A stretch of DNA of 64,000 bases from Vulcanimicrobiota bacterium (GCA_963782065.1 CAWAIE010000003.1:558667-622666); one strand, 5' to 3'. Counted from the first letter of the stretch, positions 51,995 through 61,985 are shown. The notes: generated from the sequence alone by a model not told the origin. Program-made: numbers and translations.

Positions 51995-53092
51995 ATGGGC
52001 AGATTGCTAAAAACCGCCGCCGTCGCAGCAACGCTTGCGGCGGTTGCGGCGTGTGCGACGCCGCAAACTCAAACGTCCCTTCCCGCGAGCACGCAAGGTA
52101 CGAGCGCGCGCGTTCGAGCCCCCGCAACGGTCGGCCGTCACCTCTTCGTCCGCGTCGGCGTTTCGGGCAACACGCCGTCGGGATACGGCCCTGCCGATCT
52201 TCAAGCCGCATACAATCTTCCGTCGAGCACCGAGGGAACCGGACAAGTCGTCGCGGTCGTCGACGCGTACGATAACCCCAACGTCGCATCGGATCTGGCG
52301 ACCTATCGCTCGACCTACGGATTAGCGCCCGCGAACTTCACGAAATATAACCAGACGGGGCAGACCAAGAACTATCCGCAGGGCGACTCGGCGTGGGGCA
52401 CCGACATCGACCTGGCGGTCGAAATGATTTCCGCCTCGTGCCCGAACTGCACGATCGATCTCGTCGAAGCGAACTCGAGCAGTATTTCGGATCTCGAACA
52501 GGCTGAATCGGAAGCCGTCGCGCTTGGCGCGCACGTCGTGACCAACGGATTCGCCGGTACCGGCTTCGATCAATCGTACTTCGATGCCAAAGGTGTGACC
52601 TATCTTGCGGCTTCGGGCGACGGCGGATTCGGGTCCGTTCCCGAACCGGCCGCATTCGGCAGCGTGGTGGCCGTAGGAGGCACGACGCTCACGCGCGGCG
52701 GCGGCGGCAGTCGCGGCTGGAAGGAGAGCGTCTGGTCTGACGCCGGCAACGGTTGCACAACCTTCCCTAAGCCCTCTTGGCAGCACGACAAGACGTGCGC
52801 GTATCGCTTAGCCAACGACGTCTCGGCCGTCGCAGCTCCGTCACCGGGCGTTGCCGAGTACGACAGCTACGGCGCGGGAGGATGGTTCCTCGTCGGCGGC
52901 ACCAGCATCGCGACGCCGCTTCTCGCAGGCGTCTTCGGCCTGGCCGGAAACGCGGATAAACAAGACGGTGGCAGGACGTTCTGGCAAACGGCCCACCACC
53001 AGTACTTGTATCGCTTGAAAAGCGGAGGAAAGTTCGTCCGCTATTCCGAGGCCGGAGGCTGGGGAACGCCCGACGGCACGGGCGCCTTTTAA
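51995..53092 (+). CDS. S8/S53-family serine peptidase lipoprotein
   Basis: Start at ATG 51995: MGRLLKTAAVAATLAAVAA|CAT (lipobox). VVAVVDAYDNPN and GGTSIATPLLAG (catalytic Ser context). Confidence 0.6.
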   Translation: MGRLLKTAAVAATLAAVAACATPQTQTSLPASTQGTSARVRAPATVGRHLFVRVGVSGNTPSGYGPADLQAAYNLPSSTEGTGQVVAVVDAYDNPNVASDLATYRSTYGLAPANFTKYNQTGQTKNYPQGDSAWGTDIDLAVEMISASCPNCTIDLVEANSSSISDLEQAESEAVALGAHVVTNGFAGTGFDQSYFDAKGVTYLAASGDGGFGSVPEPAAFGSVVAVGGTTLTRGGGGSRGWKESVWSDAGNGCTTFPKPSWQHDKTCAYRLANDVSAVAAPSPGVAEYDSYGAGGWFLVGGTSIATPLLAGVFGLAGNADKQDGGRTFWQTAHHQYLYRLKSGGKFVRYSEAGGWGTPDGTGAF

Positions 53093-53106
53093 TCCTTCGA
53101 CCGCGC

Positions 53107-53131
53107 GCTTCGCGCTCCGCTCAGGATGACA
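53107..53131. repeat. Third, diverged copy of the GCTTCGC(C/GC)TCCGCTCAGG(G/A)TGACA element
   Basis: GCTTCGCGCTCCGCTCAGGATGACA lies in the 28-nt convergent spacer and overlaps the last codons and stop of 53121..53588. Confidence 0.7.
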
Positions 53132-53588
53132 CGACTTGTTTGTGCAGCTCGTGGAGATCCTCGAGCGAGTTCAGCGTAACCGCATCGTTCACCGACTCGT
53201 TCTTTAGGCCCATCTCCGAGCGCATGCTCTTCGCCAGTTCGGGCGAGTGATCGTATCCGTGGATCGAGGCGTTGTGCTTGCGAATCGTCTCGGCATCGGT
53301 TTTGCCGTTGCCTTCGACGTACTCTTCGAACTGCACGTACGTGGGCTTGTGCGTGCGCACGAACTCCATGACTTTCTCCCGGTCCAGGCCGAGATTGTCG
53401 ATCGTCATCTGATCGAAGCCGGCGCCGCAATGGTCCCATCCGTCGGCGAGCTGGCCGGCATATCCCAGCGTGAGTTTCGTCCAGAGGCGAGGCAAGTGCG
53501 CGGCGCCGATCGGGCCGGTCGTCTGCGAGCTAATGTAGGGAATCTGCTTTTGCGCGGTGCTAGGCATTGGTCTGCTGGTCCTTTCCAT
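53121..53588 (-). CDS. DUF5069-like protein
   Basis: 155 aa (or start at ATG 53567). …GPIGAAHLPRLWTKLTL… Family assignment from memory only. Overlaps the end of the upstream dehydrogenase. Confidence 0.45.
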   Translation of the reverse strand: MERTSRPMPSTAQKQIPYISSQTTGPIGAAHLPRLWTKLTLGYAGQLADGWDHCGAGFDQMTIDNLGLDREKVMEFVRTHKPTYVQFEEYVEGNGKTDAETIRKHNASIHGYDHSPELAKSMRSEMGLKNESVNDAVTLNSLEDLHELHKQVVSS

Positions 53589-54459
53589 GACGCGAGATGA
53601 AAGTGAGTTCGGAAACCCCGGATTTGTCGAGCTCGCCTAAGCCAAGGCGTTTCATGCGCTCGTATTGTTCGTAAGTAGCGCGCGCCAGCGGCAGGCGAAG
53701 GCCCGCGTCGTCGGCGAGACGCAGCGCGATGCCCGAATCCTTGGCCGCGTGTGCGGCCGAAAAGTAGACGTCGTGCTCGCGATTCTGCATGTCGGCGCCG
53801 TCGGTCTCCAAGACGCGCGAGTTGGCTCCCGTTTGCGAAAAGATTTCGCGGACGACGTCGAGATCGAGTCCGAGTGCGTCGGCCAGGCCGAGCCCTTCGG
53901 CCAAGCCCGCCGTGTTGACGTTCATGACCATGTTGACCAGCGCCTTGACCTTGGCGGCCTTCCCTGCCGGCCCCACGTATTTCAGGGACGAACTGATTTT
54001 CTCGAGCAACGGCTTGACGGCGGTGAATGCATCTTCTCTGCCGGCGACCATCAAATAGAGCGTGCCGCTGCGGGCCTGCGGAATCGAACTGGCCATACAC
54101 GCTTCGAGCGCGCGCGCCCCGTGCGCCTCGGCGCGCCGCTCGATCTCCACGTGCACCTTCGGCGTGATCGTCGCGCAGTTCACGAAGATCTTTCCCTTCG
54201 CACCTTGGAGCAGACTGTCGCCGGAGGTCGCGAAGATCGCATACATCGCGTCGTCGTCGCTGACGACCGTGATCACTACATCGGAGAGTTCGGTGACGCG
54301 CGCGAGCGACGACGCCGCTTCACCTCCGGTTAACAGCGCGGTTTCGGCGGCAGCCTCCGGACGCACGTCGTAGAGCGCCGCCACCGTGTAGCCGGCATCG
54401 TTGAGCCGTTGCGCGATGTTGGCGCCCATGCGCCCGGTCCCAACGACGCCGACCTTCAC
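53560..54459 (-). CDS. NAD(P)-dependent 3-hydroxyisobutyrate/6-phosphogluconate dehydrogenase-like oxidoreductase
   Basis: 299 aa, MKVGVVGTGRMGANIAQRL…, with the NAD_binding_2/_11 layout. The GTG start lies 2 nt after the rpoB stop. Confidence 0.75.
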   Translation of the reverse strand: MKVGVVGTGRMGANIAQRLNDAGYTVAALYDVRPEAAAETALLTGGEAASSLARVTELSDVVITVVSDDDAMYAIFATSGDSLLQGAKGKIFVNCATITPKVHVEIERRAEAHGARALEACMASSIPQARSGTLYLMVAGREDAFTAVKPLLEKISSSLKYVGPAGKAAKVKALVNMVMNVNTAGLAEGLGLADALGLDLDVVREIFSQTGANSRVLETDGADMQNREHDVYFSAAHAAKDSGIALRLADDAGLRLPLARATYEQYERMKRLGLGELDKSGVSELTFISRHGKDQQTNA

Positions 54460-54461
54460 GG

Positions 54462-57400
54462 CTAGAACTCGTCCTCGCTCTGATTTTCCACGAACGGCGT
54501 CTCCTCGTCGTCCTCCTCGAACGCCGGCTTGTCGTCTTCGTAGGTTTCCTCGTCCTCTTCCTCGAGTTCGTAGCCCTGCGCGCCTTCCTCGACCTCTTCC
54601 TCAGCCGGCTCCTCCTCGAACGCCTCATCGGCTTCCACCTCGGAGACGCGCGGCATCGGCGGCGGCGCCGGAATCACGGTCGTGGCGTCGAGCGGCTTGC
54701 TGTCGTCGATCTCTTCCTCTTCCTCTTCCTCGACCTCAGGCGCCGCCGTGACGACGTCGACGGCTTCGGAAACGGCTTCGCTCGCCGCGACCGCGGTTTG
54801 CGAAACCATCGGCTGCTCGTCACCCATGAGCAATCCGTATTCACGCCGCTCCGTCTCGCCCATCTCGTCCTCGGGCGTCCGGATTTCGACCTCTTCGCGG
54901 TTCTCGGTCAGCACCTTGACGTCGAGTGCGAGCGATTGAAGCTCCTTGATGAGTACCTTGAACGACTCGGGAACGCCCGGTTCCATCACGTTCTCGCCCT
55001 TGACGACCGCTTCGTAGGTCTTCACGCGGCCAACCACGTCGTCGGACTTAACGGTGAGCAGTTCTTGAAGCGTGTACGCGGCACCGTAAGCTTCGAGCGC
55101 CCAGACTTCCATCTCGCCGAAACGCTGGCCGCCGAACTGAGCCTTTCCGCCCAGCGGCTGTTGCGTAATCATCGAGTACGGACCCGTCGAGCGCGCGTGG
55201 ATTTTATCGTCGACCAAGTGCGCGAGCTTGAGCATGTAGATCAAGCCGACGGTGATCGGTCGCGAGAAACGCTCGCCGGTGCGGCCGTCGCGCAGCCAGG
55301 TGGTGCCGTCGGCGGGAAGTCCCGCGTCTTGCAGCCACTCGGCGATGTCTTCGGCGTGCGCGCCGTCGAAGACCGGGGTCGCAACGCGCAAGCCCAGCAT
55401 GTGCGCCGCCCAGCCCAAGTGCGTCTCCATGATCTGCCCGAGGTTCATGCGCGACGGAACGCCGAGCGGATTGAGAACGATGTCGACCGGCGTGCCGTCT
55501 TCCATACACGGCATGTCCTCTTCAGGCAGCACCTTGGCGATGACGCCCTTGTTGCCGTGCCGTCCGGCCATTTTATCGCCTTGCAGAATCTTGCGTTTCT
55601 GCGCGACGTACACGCGTACCAGGTGGTTGACGCCCGGAGAAAGCTCGTCGCCGTTCTCGCGCGAGAAGACTTTGACGTCGATGATCTTCCCTTTTTCGCC
55701 GTGCGGCACTTTCAGGCTCGTGTCGCGCACCTCGCGCGACTTCTCGCCGAAAATTGCGCGCAGCAGACGTTCCTCGGCGGTCAGCTCGGTTTCACCCTTG
55801 GGCGTCACCTTGCCAACCAGAATGTCTTCCGGACGCACCTCCGCGCCGACCCGGATGATGCCGCGCTCGTCGAGATCCTTCAGTGCGTCCTCGCCCACGT
55901 TGGGGATGTCGCGCGTGATCTCTTCGGGGCCTAGTTTCGTGTCGCGCGCTTCGCACTCGTACTCCTCGATGTGAATCGAGGTGAAGCGGTCCTCTTTGAC
56001 CATGCGTTCGCTGATGAGGATCGCGTCTTCGTAGTTGTAGCCTTCCCACGGCATGAAGGCGACGAGCACGTTTTGGCCGAGGGCCAGTTCGCCCTCGTCA
56101 GACGACGGGCCGTCGGCCAGCACTTGCCCCGCGACGACGTTTTCGCCGAGCAAGACGATCGGACGCTGGTTGATGCACGTTCCGGCGTTACTGCGCACGA
56201 ACTTCAGCAACTCGTACGGCTTTTCGACGCCGTCGGTGTTGCGCACCGTAATGTTGCGCGCGTCGACCGACGTCACCGTACCGGCTTCGTCGGCGACGAT
56301 CAGGCTGCCCGAGTCCTTCGCGGCACGGTACTCCATGCCGGTGCCGACGATCGGCGTATCCGGCCGCAGTAACGGCACCGCTTGACGCTGCATGTTGGCA
56401 CCCATGAGTGCGCGGTTTGCGTCGTCGTGCTCGAGGAACGGAATCAGTGCGGTCGCGACCGAGACGATTTGCTTCGGCGAGACGTCCATCAACTGGACGC
56501 GCTGCGCCGGCTCCTCGATGTACTCTTCGGCGTAGCGGCACACGACCGAGTCGCTCATGATCTTTCCCGACGCGGGATCGACCGGCGTGTTCGCCTGCGC
56601 GATGATGTACTCGTCCTCGCGGTCGGCGGTGAGGTAGACGATTTCGTCGGTCACGATGCCTTCGCGCACCACGCGGTAGGGCGTCTCGATGAAGCCGAAC
56701 TTGTTGACGCGCCCGTAGGTCGCCAGCGAGCCGATCAAGCCGATGTTCGGGCCTTCCGGCGTTTCGATCGGACAGATGCGGCCGTAGTGCGAATGGTGAA
56801 CGTCGCGCACTTCGAAGCCGGCGCGCTCGCGCGAGAGGCCGCCCGGGCCGAGCGCGGAGAGCCGGCGCTTATGCGTGAGTTCGGCCAACGAGTTCGTCTG
56901 GTCCATAAACTGCGAGAGCTGCGACGATCCGAAGAACTCTTTGATCGCCGCCACGACGGGACGGATATTGATGAGCGCCTGCGGCGTCACCGTTTCGATG
57001 TCTTGCACCGTCATGCGCTCGCGCACGACGCGCTCGAGGCGCAGCAAGCCGACCCGGAACTGGTTCTGCAGCAATTCGCCGACCGAGCGCACGCGGCGAT
57101 TGCCGAGGTGGTCGATATCGTCTTTGGCGACGACGGCGGTCGCGACTTTGATCAGACGGCGGATGACGGCGATCATGTCGGCGCGCATGAGGCAGCGCGT
57201 CTCGATCGCCGGCATCTCGAGACCGGCATCCGCGTATTCGTCGACCAGCACGGTCGGCTTGTCGACGCGCTGATCCGCATCCGGATTCTCGATTCGGTAG
57301 TGGAACTTGCCGTTGAGTTTGTAACGGCCGACTCCCGCGAGATCGTAGCGCTTCTCGTCGAAGAACAGCGACTCCAAGAGTTTTTCGGCGTTCTCCGCAT

Positions 57401-58334
57401 TCTCGGGCTCGCCGGGCCTCAGCTTCTTGTAGATCTCCTTGAGCGCGTCTTCGCGCGTCTTGACGTCCTTGTCTTTTTCGATGGAGTTGCGAACCAGCGG
57501 GCTGTCGTCGAAGAGCTTGAGGATCGCTTCGTCGGTCTCCCAGTTGTAACCGAGGTCCGGACGCGAAAGCGCGCGGATGAACGTCGAAACGTAAATCTTG
57601 CGATTCTTATCGATCCGTACGCCAATCGTGCCCTCGGTCTCGTCGTTCTTCGTTCCGTTGTCGGTCTCGAACTCGATCCACGCGCCACGATTGGGAATGA
57701 TCGTCGCGTTGAACGTGGGACGCGCGTTGGTGTCGGCGTCCTGGCTGTAGTACACGCCCGGCGAACGCACGAGCTGGCTCACGATCACGCGCTCGGCGCC
57801 GTTGATCATGAACGTGCCCTTGTCGGTCATGAGCGGAAAATCGCCCATGAAGATCTCTTGGTCCGGGATGCCCTTGATTTCGCCCGACTCGGCCGTGATA
57901 AGTCGCACGCGGACCCGCAGCGGGGCGCTGTAGGTCATGTCGCGCTCGCGGCACTCTTCAATTGAATATTTCGGCTCGCCGAGACTGTGCTCGCCGAACT
58001 CGAGGATCAGGTTACCGGTGAAGTCCTTGATCGGCGAGATCGATGCGAACGCCTCGGCAAGTCCTTCGGTCTTGAACCAGTCGAAGCTCGCCTTCTGCAG
58101 CTCGATGAGATTCGGAATCTCGAGGACGTGCGGAATTTTCGCGAACGTGTGGCGATCGTAGCGCGGACCCGGATCCGGAGGCTGTTCGACGGTAAACGCG
58201 CCGGTGGGCATCGGGAAGGTGGCCGGCATCACCTGAGAGGCGCCGTTGGTCGTGGCCGCGGGCGCGCGCTTCGACTTGCTCTTGGTGCCTGCGGAAGTCT
58301 TCGCCGGAACCTTCGGAGCGGTCGTTTTCGCCAT
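54462..58334 (-). CDS. rpoB: DNA-directed RNA polymerase subunit beta, with basic N-terminal and long acidic C-terminal extensions
   Basis: 1290 aa with conserved blocks (…[19 protein letters not shown]…, …MNVGQ-type region [12 protein letters not shown]…). N-terminus [22 protein letters not shown]. The C-terminal ~138 aa are Glu/Asp-rich. Confidence 0.97.
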   Translation of the reverse strand: MAKTTAPKVPAKTSAGTKSKSKRAPAATTNGASQVMPATFPMPTGAFTVEQPPDPGPRYDRHTFAKIPHVLEIPNLIELQKASFDWFKTEGLAEAFASISPIKDFTGNLILEFGEHSLGEPKYSIEECRERDMTYSAPLRVRVRLITAESGEIKGIPDQEIFMGDFPLMTDKGTFMINGAERVIVSQLVRSPGVYYSQDADTNARPTFNATIIPNRGAWIEFETDNGTKNDETEGTIGVRIDKNRKIYVSTFIRALSRPDLGYNWETDEAILKLFDDSPLVRNSIEKDKDVKTREDALKEIYKKLRPGEPENAENAEKLLESLFFDEKRYDLAGVGRYKLNGKFHYRIENPDADQRVDKPTVLVDEYADAGLEMPAIETRCLMRADMIAVIRRLIKVATAVVAKDDIDHLGNRRVRSVGELLQNQFRVGLLRLERVVRERMTVQDIETVTPQALINIRPVVAAIKEFFGSSQLSQFMDQTNSLAELTHKRRLSALGPGGLSRERAGFEVRDVHHSHYGRICPIETPEGPNIGLIGSLATYGRVNKFGFIETPYRVVREGIVTDEIVYLTADREDEYIIAQANTPVDPASGKIMSDSVVCRYAEEYIEEPAQRVQLMDVSPKQIVSVATALIPFLEHDDANRALMGANMQRQAVPLLRPDTPIVGTGMEYRAAKDSGSLIVADEAGTVTSVDARNITVRNTDGVEKPYELLKFVRSNAGTCINQRPIVLLGENVVAGQVLADGPSSDEGELALGQNVLVAFMPWEGYNYEDAILISERMVKEDRFTSIHIEEYECEARDTKLGPEEITRDIPNVGEDALKDLDERGIIRVGAEVRPEDILVGKVTPKGETELTAEERLLRAIFGEKSREVRDTSLKVPHGEKGKIIDVKVFSRENGDELSPGVNHLVRVYVAQKRKILQGDKMAGRHGNKGVIAKVLPEEDMPCMEDGTPVDIVLNPLGVPSRMNLGQIMETHLGWAAHMLGLRVATPVFDGAHAEDIAEWLQDAGLPADGTTWLRDGRTGERFSRPITVGLIYMLKLAHLVDDKIHARSTGPYSMITQQPLGGKAQFGGQRFGEMEVWALEAYGAAYTLQELLTVKSDDVVGRVKTYEAVVKGENVMEPGVPESFKVLIKELQSLALDVKVLTENREEVEIRTPEDEMGETERREYGLLMGDEQPMVSQTAVAASEAVSEAVDVVTAAPEVEEEEEEEIDDSKPLDATTVIPAPPPMPRVSEVEADEAFEEEPAEEEVEEGAQGYELEEEDEETYEDDKPAFEEDDEETPFVENQSEDEF

Positions 58335-58494
58335 GAATCTCTTTCTTCTACGGAGCGGACGTTAGTATAAGAACGTGGGTTCGGGTGCGGAGGAGCTTCG
58401 GGCACACCAAAAAGACGAGCGCACGCTCTACCGATTGCAGAGGTGACCCGCCTGATTTTTAAGGTGGACTATTCGCCCCGGGGCATAGGCTACG

Positions 58495-58523
58495 AGTCTA
58501 GCACCCGTCGCCGGGAGCGTCAA
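58495..58523 (-). promoter_or_regulatory. Putative sigma70 promoter for rpoB (TTGACG-17 nt-TAGACT)
   Basis: Minus strand reads TTGACG (rc 58518-58523), a 17-nt spacer, then TAGACT (rc 58495-58500), about 155 nt upstream of the rpoB ATG. Confidence 0.55.
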
Positions 58524-58591
58524 GGAACCCTTCTTGGCGTCCGACCTTGGTCGTCTCCGTCCCGGCCGAACGGCGCTCGCCGCGGCACCTG

Positions 58592-58619
58592 CCTTAGGGT
58601 CGACTTCGCGACCCTAAGG
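58592..58619 (-). terminator. Perfect 11-bp hairpin (CCTTAGGGTCG-6 nt-CGACCCTAAGG) without U-tract
   Basis: Exact inverted repeat, 5 nt downstream of the stop of 58624..58881 and ~70 nt upstream of the rpoB -35. No T-run, so it may be a terminator, a processing site or a protein-binding site. Confidence 0.4.
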
Positions 58620-58623
58620 CCGC

Positions 58624-58881
58624 CTAGCCGACCAGATCGTGCCAGCTCTTGGCGCCGACGGTCACCCCGAAATAGGCCGCGGCCGCTTTGATGTTGGCGA
58701 ACGCCTGCGCTCGCTCGCCGTCGGTCACGTCGTCGACTTGGGCGAAGCGCGCGACGGCGCTGCGGACGTGGGCCGCGTCGGTAAGCGGCTCCTTGCGTTC
58801 GGCCGGAAAAGCAAAGGCGCTGGCCGGAAGCCGGCCGCGCGGCGCATCGGGAGTACGAAGCGGTTTCCACGTCACGTCCAT
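58624..58881 (-). CDS. DUF6582-like small protein
   Basis: Start at ATG rc 58879-58881. 85 aa. LPASAFAFPAERKEPLTDAAHVRSAVARFAQV…AAAAYFGV fits the remembered DUF6582 pattern. Confidence 0.5.
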   Translation of the reverse strand: MDVTWKPLRTPDAPRGRLPASAFAFPAERKEPLTDAAHVRSAVARFAQVDDVTDGERAQAFANIKAAAAYFGVTVGAKSWHDLVG

Positions 58882-58897
58882 GGGCGCGCAAGTGCCC

Positions 58898-59293
58898 CTA
58901 TCGGCAAGGGGACGCGACCGCGATATTCGCCAGGTATTCGACCCCAGCCGAAAGTTCGACGAAATTGGCGGCAGCTTCAGCCTGGGGAAGCAGCCTCTCT
59001 CGGTTCGCAAAGGTACTGCTGATCCCGTACACGTCGCCGCACCCCGTCGAGTCTGCGCACGCCGTCAGGCTATACACGCCTGGCAAGAGCGTCAGGAACG
59101 CGTAACGGCCCCGGCCGTCGGCTTCCGTCTCGGCGACCTCGGAGTCCGAGCTCGCCATGACGGTCGCGTGCGGTATCGGGTGGGAATGCGAATGACACGT
59201 CACCCTCCCAACGACTCGCGTCGAGTCGCCGGAACCCGTTTGCGTCAGACCCACGAAAAGCGTGAGTTCGGCCAGCAGGATCGCGGCCAGCAT
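58898..59293 (-). CDS. Secreted carboxypeptidase-regulatory-like (Ig-like) domain protein
   Basis: 131 aa with signal-like N-terminus, …TEADGRGRYAFLTLLPGVYSLTA, and a His-rich CHSHSHPIPH. Confidence 0.5.
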   Translation of the reverse strand: MLAAILLAELTLFVGLTQTGSGDSTRVVGRVTCHSHSHPIPHATVMASSDSEVAETEADGRGRYAFLTLLPGVYSLTACADSTGCGDVYGISSTFANRERLLPQAEAAANFVELSAGVEYLANIAVASPCR

Positions 59294-59349
59294 ACCCTGC
59301 TTAGCGTCCGGCGGGGCGGGGTCGTGACGGGGCGAAAGCGCGGACCAAG

Positions 59350-61059
59350 ATGTTTCATCCCTCGCTCGTGCGTCGTATCGTCGTCGTCGCCGTCATCGCC
59401 GTCATCGCCGTCGTCGCCGGATTGCCCTGGGTATCGTCGGCCTCGACGACCGTCGCGAGCGCCGATGCGGTGCGCGCGCGCATCAAGCACGTGTTCGTCA
59501 TATTTCAAGAGAACCACTCGTTCGACAACTATTTCGGCACGTATCCGGGCGCGGAAAACCTGGCGAGCCAGCTCGCGCAGACGCACGGCTTCCGGCAGTA
59601 CGATCCCATCGGCAAGACATGGATCACGCCGTTCCGCATCACCGACCCTGACATCGAGTCGATGTCGCAATTGCGTCCCGTCTTACTCGAAAAGCTGAAC
59701 GGCGGCAAAATGGACGGCTTCGTCTCCGCACAAGAGACGGTTTCGCGCAAGTTGTTCGGAAACGATGCGGCGGCGCGCGTGCTCGGACTCGAAACGATGG
59801 CGCACTACGACTGCGACACGATTCCGTTTCTGTGGAGGTACGCCCACGCGTTTGTCCTCTTCGACCATATCTTCGAAGCGATGGCCGCACCGTCGACCCC
59901 GAATAATATCGCGATCATCGCGGCGCAAGCCGGTCAAACGCAGGCCGCGCGCGATTCGGCGGCCACGACTTCTCCGACCAGTGCCGGACGAGGCGTTCCC
60001 GTCCTCAACGATCTCGATCCGGCCTTCGGGCCGTATACGGAACCCAGCCAGGCGCATCAGGTCTCGCAAAGGTACGCAACGCTTCCGCTCGCGCTGAACG
60101 GCAACGCGAACGCGCAGGTAACCCAGGATACGGCCGGCGTCGAACGCGACCTCGGGGCGCTCATCGCCCAAGGCCGTGCGCCGGTACCATGGGGATGGTA
60201 TCAGGAAGGGTACGTTTCGCCGCAGACGGCCCTCCCGGGTTACGAAGCGCACCACAACGCGCCGCAATACTTCGGGTACCTGCGCAACAACGACGTTTTC
60301 TGGAACCGCGTGCACGGGCTCCAGCCGTTGCTCGACGGGCTACGCGACGGCTCGCTTCCGTCGTCCGGCGTCTTCTACGTCAAGGGCGGTTCGCGCAATG
60401 AGTTCGGATGGAAACCCGCCAATCGCGATTCGTACGTGCAGGCGCACTACCTCGGCGACGACGATCATCCCGGCCCGGACGACAGCGACCATCAAATTGG
60501 TGAAGCGTTCGTTGCCACGTTCGTCAACGCGATCGCGCACAGTAAGTACTGGGACGATTCGGCAGTTCTCATCACCTGGGACGACCCCGGCGGACAGTAC
60601 GACCACGTACCGCCGCCGCAGTTCGAACGCTGTCCCGACGCGCACGCATGCGGGGACGGCGGACGGCTGCCGTTCATCCTCATCTCACCGTTCGCGCGCG
60701 CGGGCAGCGTGGTCAGCGACCCCGGCGATACGGCGTCGGTGCTGAAGTTTGCCGAAGCCGTCTTCGGCGTTCCGGCTTTAGCCTCGCTTCCCGAAGAGCA
60801 GCCGTATCTACCCGAAGGTCCGCGCGACGGCAATCCTGCGATTACCGACCTCATCGGTGCGTTCGATCCGGCTCGCCTCGACGGTTCGGCGCCGCCGATT
60901 CCGGCCGCCGACGCCGAAATTCCCGACACCGTCGTCAACGCATTTCCGCCCGCGATGAACTGCCGCTCGCTAGGAATCGATCCCGTCGTGTTGCCGAACG
61001 CTCCTTCCACGCCGCCGCCCGGTTTTACGCCGCGGGTCGCGCGCCACCCTGACAGCTAG
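59350..61059 (+). CDS. Phosphoesterase family protein (phospholipase C / AcpA acid phosphatase type)
   Basis: 569 aa, N-terminal TM/signal, IKHVFVIFQENHSFDNYFGTYPGAENL is the PF04185-type motif. Confidence 0.75.
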   Translation: MFHPSLVRRIVVVAVIAVIAVVAGLPWVSSASTTVASADAVRARIKHVFVIFQENHSFDNYFGTYPGAENLASQLAQTHGFRQYDPIGKTWITPFRITDPDIESMSQLRPVLLEKLNGGKMDGFVSAQETVSRKLFGNDAAARVLGLETMAHYDCDTIPFLWRYAHAFVLFDHIFEAMAAPSTPNNIAIIAAQAGQTQAARDSAATTSPTSAGRGVPVLNDLDPAFGPYTEPSQAHQVSQRYATLPLALNGNANAQVTQDTAGVERDLGALIAQGRAPVPWGWYQEGYVSPQTALPGYEAHHNAPQYFGYLRNNDVFWNRVHGLQPLLDGLRDGSLPSSGVFYVKGGSRNEFGWKPANRDSYVQAHYLGDDDHPGPDDSDHQIGEAFVATFVNAIAHSKYWDDSAVLITWDDPGGQYDHVPPPQFERCPDAHACGDGGRLPFILISPFARAGSVVSDPGDTASVLKFAEAVFGVPALASLPEEQPYLPEGPRDGNPAITDLIGAFDPARLDGSAPPIPAADAEIPDTVVNAFPPAMNCRSLGIDPVVLPNAPSTPPPGFTPRVARHPDS

Positions 61060-61069
61060 GAGGTTCTCA

Positions 61070-61981
61070 ATGCCCGCGCTCGTCGCCGCTCCGCCCGTGC
61101 GCGTTCCCGTCTTCAGCGGATTCGACTACGTGACCGTCGACGAAGCGCGCCACCGCGCCTTCGCGGCGCATACGCGCGCCGATCGTCTGCTCATCGTCGA
61201 CACGCTCGGCGGCGGCGTCGCCGGGCAAGTCGACGTCGGGCCGATGCACGGGCTTGCGGTGGACCCGAACACCGGCGACGTGTTCACTGGAAACGGCACG
61301 GACGACTCACTTTCGAAGGTCGACCCCGCAACGATGAAGATCGTGGCGTCGGTCTCGGTCCCCGGCCACGTCGACGCCATCACCTACGATCCGGTTCGCG
61401 GACGCATTTACGCCGATCAAAGCGGCGGCGGCAACGTCTACGTCGTCGACGGCGCGACGATGAAGATCGTCGGGACGATTCCTATGCCGGCCGACGATTT
61501 GGAGTCGCCCGTCGTCGATCCGAAGACCGGAATCTTTTATCAAAATCTCGCAAACGGAGGCGGGTTCGCCGTCGTCGACCCGGCGAGCATGAAGGTCGTC
61601 AACGTCGTCAAAACGCCGCAACTCGAAAACAATCACGCGCTCGTCTTCGCCGCCGGTGCGAATCAGCTGGCCGCCTCGGGTGTCAACGGCATCCTCTCCG
61701 CGTACGCGCCCGACGGCACGCTCGCCGGCAGCGTCGCCGTGCAGCCGCACATCGATCAATGCAGCACGGGATCCAAGGGTCTGCTCGTGGCATGCGCGGG
61801 CCGCGGCATCGTTACGGTCGTCTCGCTGCGCGGCGGCGAAGCGCCGCGCATCGTCGCGCGGTTAGATACCGGCCACAGCGGCATTCACACCGTCGGCATC
61901 GACGAAAGCACGAACGACGTATGGGTGGTGTGGTCGGACTCTTCGGGCGATTGGGTGCAGCGCCTGCGGCTGCAGACGTAA
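61070..61981 (+). CDS. YncE/YVTN-like beta-propeller repeat protein
   Basis: 303 aa with repeated …D(P)xTGxxY/F…VVD…MK(I/V)V… blades. 10 nt downstream of the phosphoesterase. Confidence 0.55.
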   Translation: MPALVAAPPVRVPVFSGFDYVTVDEARHRAFAAHTRADRLLIVDTLGGGVAGQVDVGPMHGLAVDPNTGDVFTGNGTDDSLSKVDPATMKIVASVSVPGHVDAITYDPVRGRIYADQSGGGNVYVVDGATMKIVGTIPMPADDLESPVVDPKTGIFYQNLANGGGFAVVDPASMKVVNVVKTPQLENNHALVFAAGANQLAASGVNGILSAYAPDGTLAGSVAVQPHIDQCSTGSKGLLVACAGRGIVTVVSLRGGEAPRIVARLDTGHSGIHTVGIDESTNDVWVVWSDSSGDWVQRLRLQT

Positions 61982-61985
61982 ACCG

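Noticed and set aside
58407-58428. Attenuator-like GAGCGTGCGCTCGTCTTTTT in the rpoB leader, by analogy with the E. coli rplL-rpoB attenuator.
   Set aside because: The stem is only 4-5 bp with a 2-4-nt loop, which is too weak to call without transcript 3'-end data.
59379-59417. Tandem 9-nt repeats (GCCGTCATC / GCCGTCGTC) near the phosphoesterase start.
   Set aside because: They encode the hydrophobic signal/anchor VVVAVIAVIAVVA. This is codon-level repetition of Val/Ala/Ile, not a regulatory repeat.
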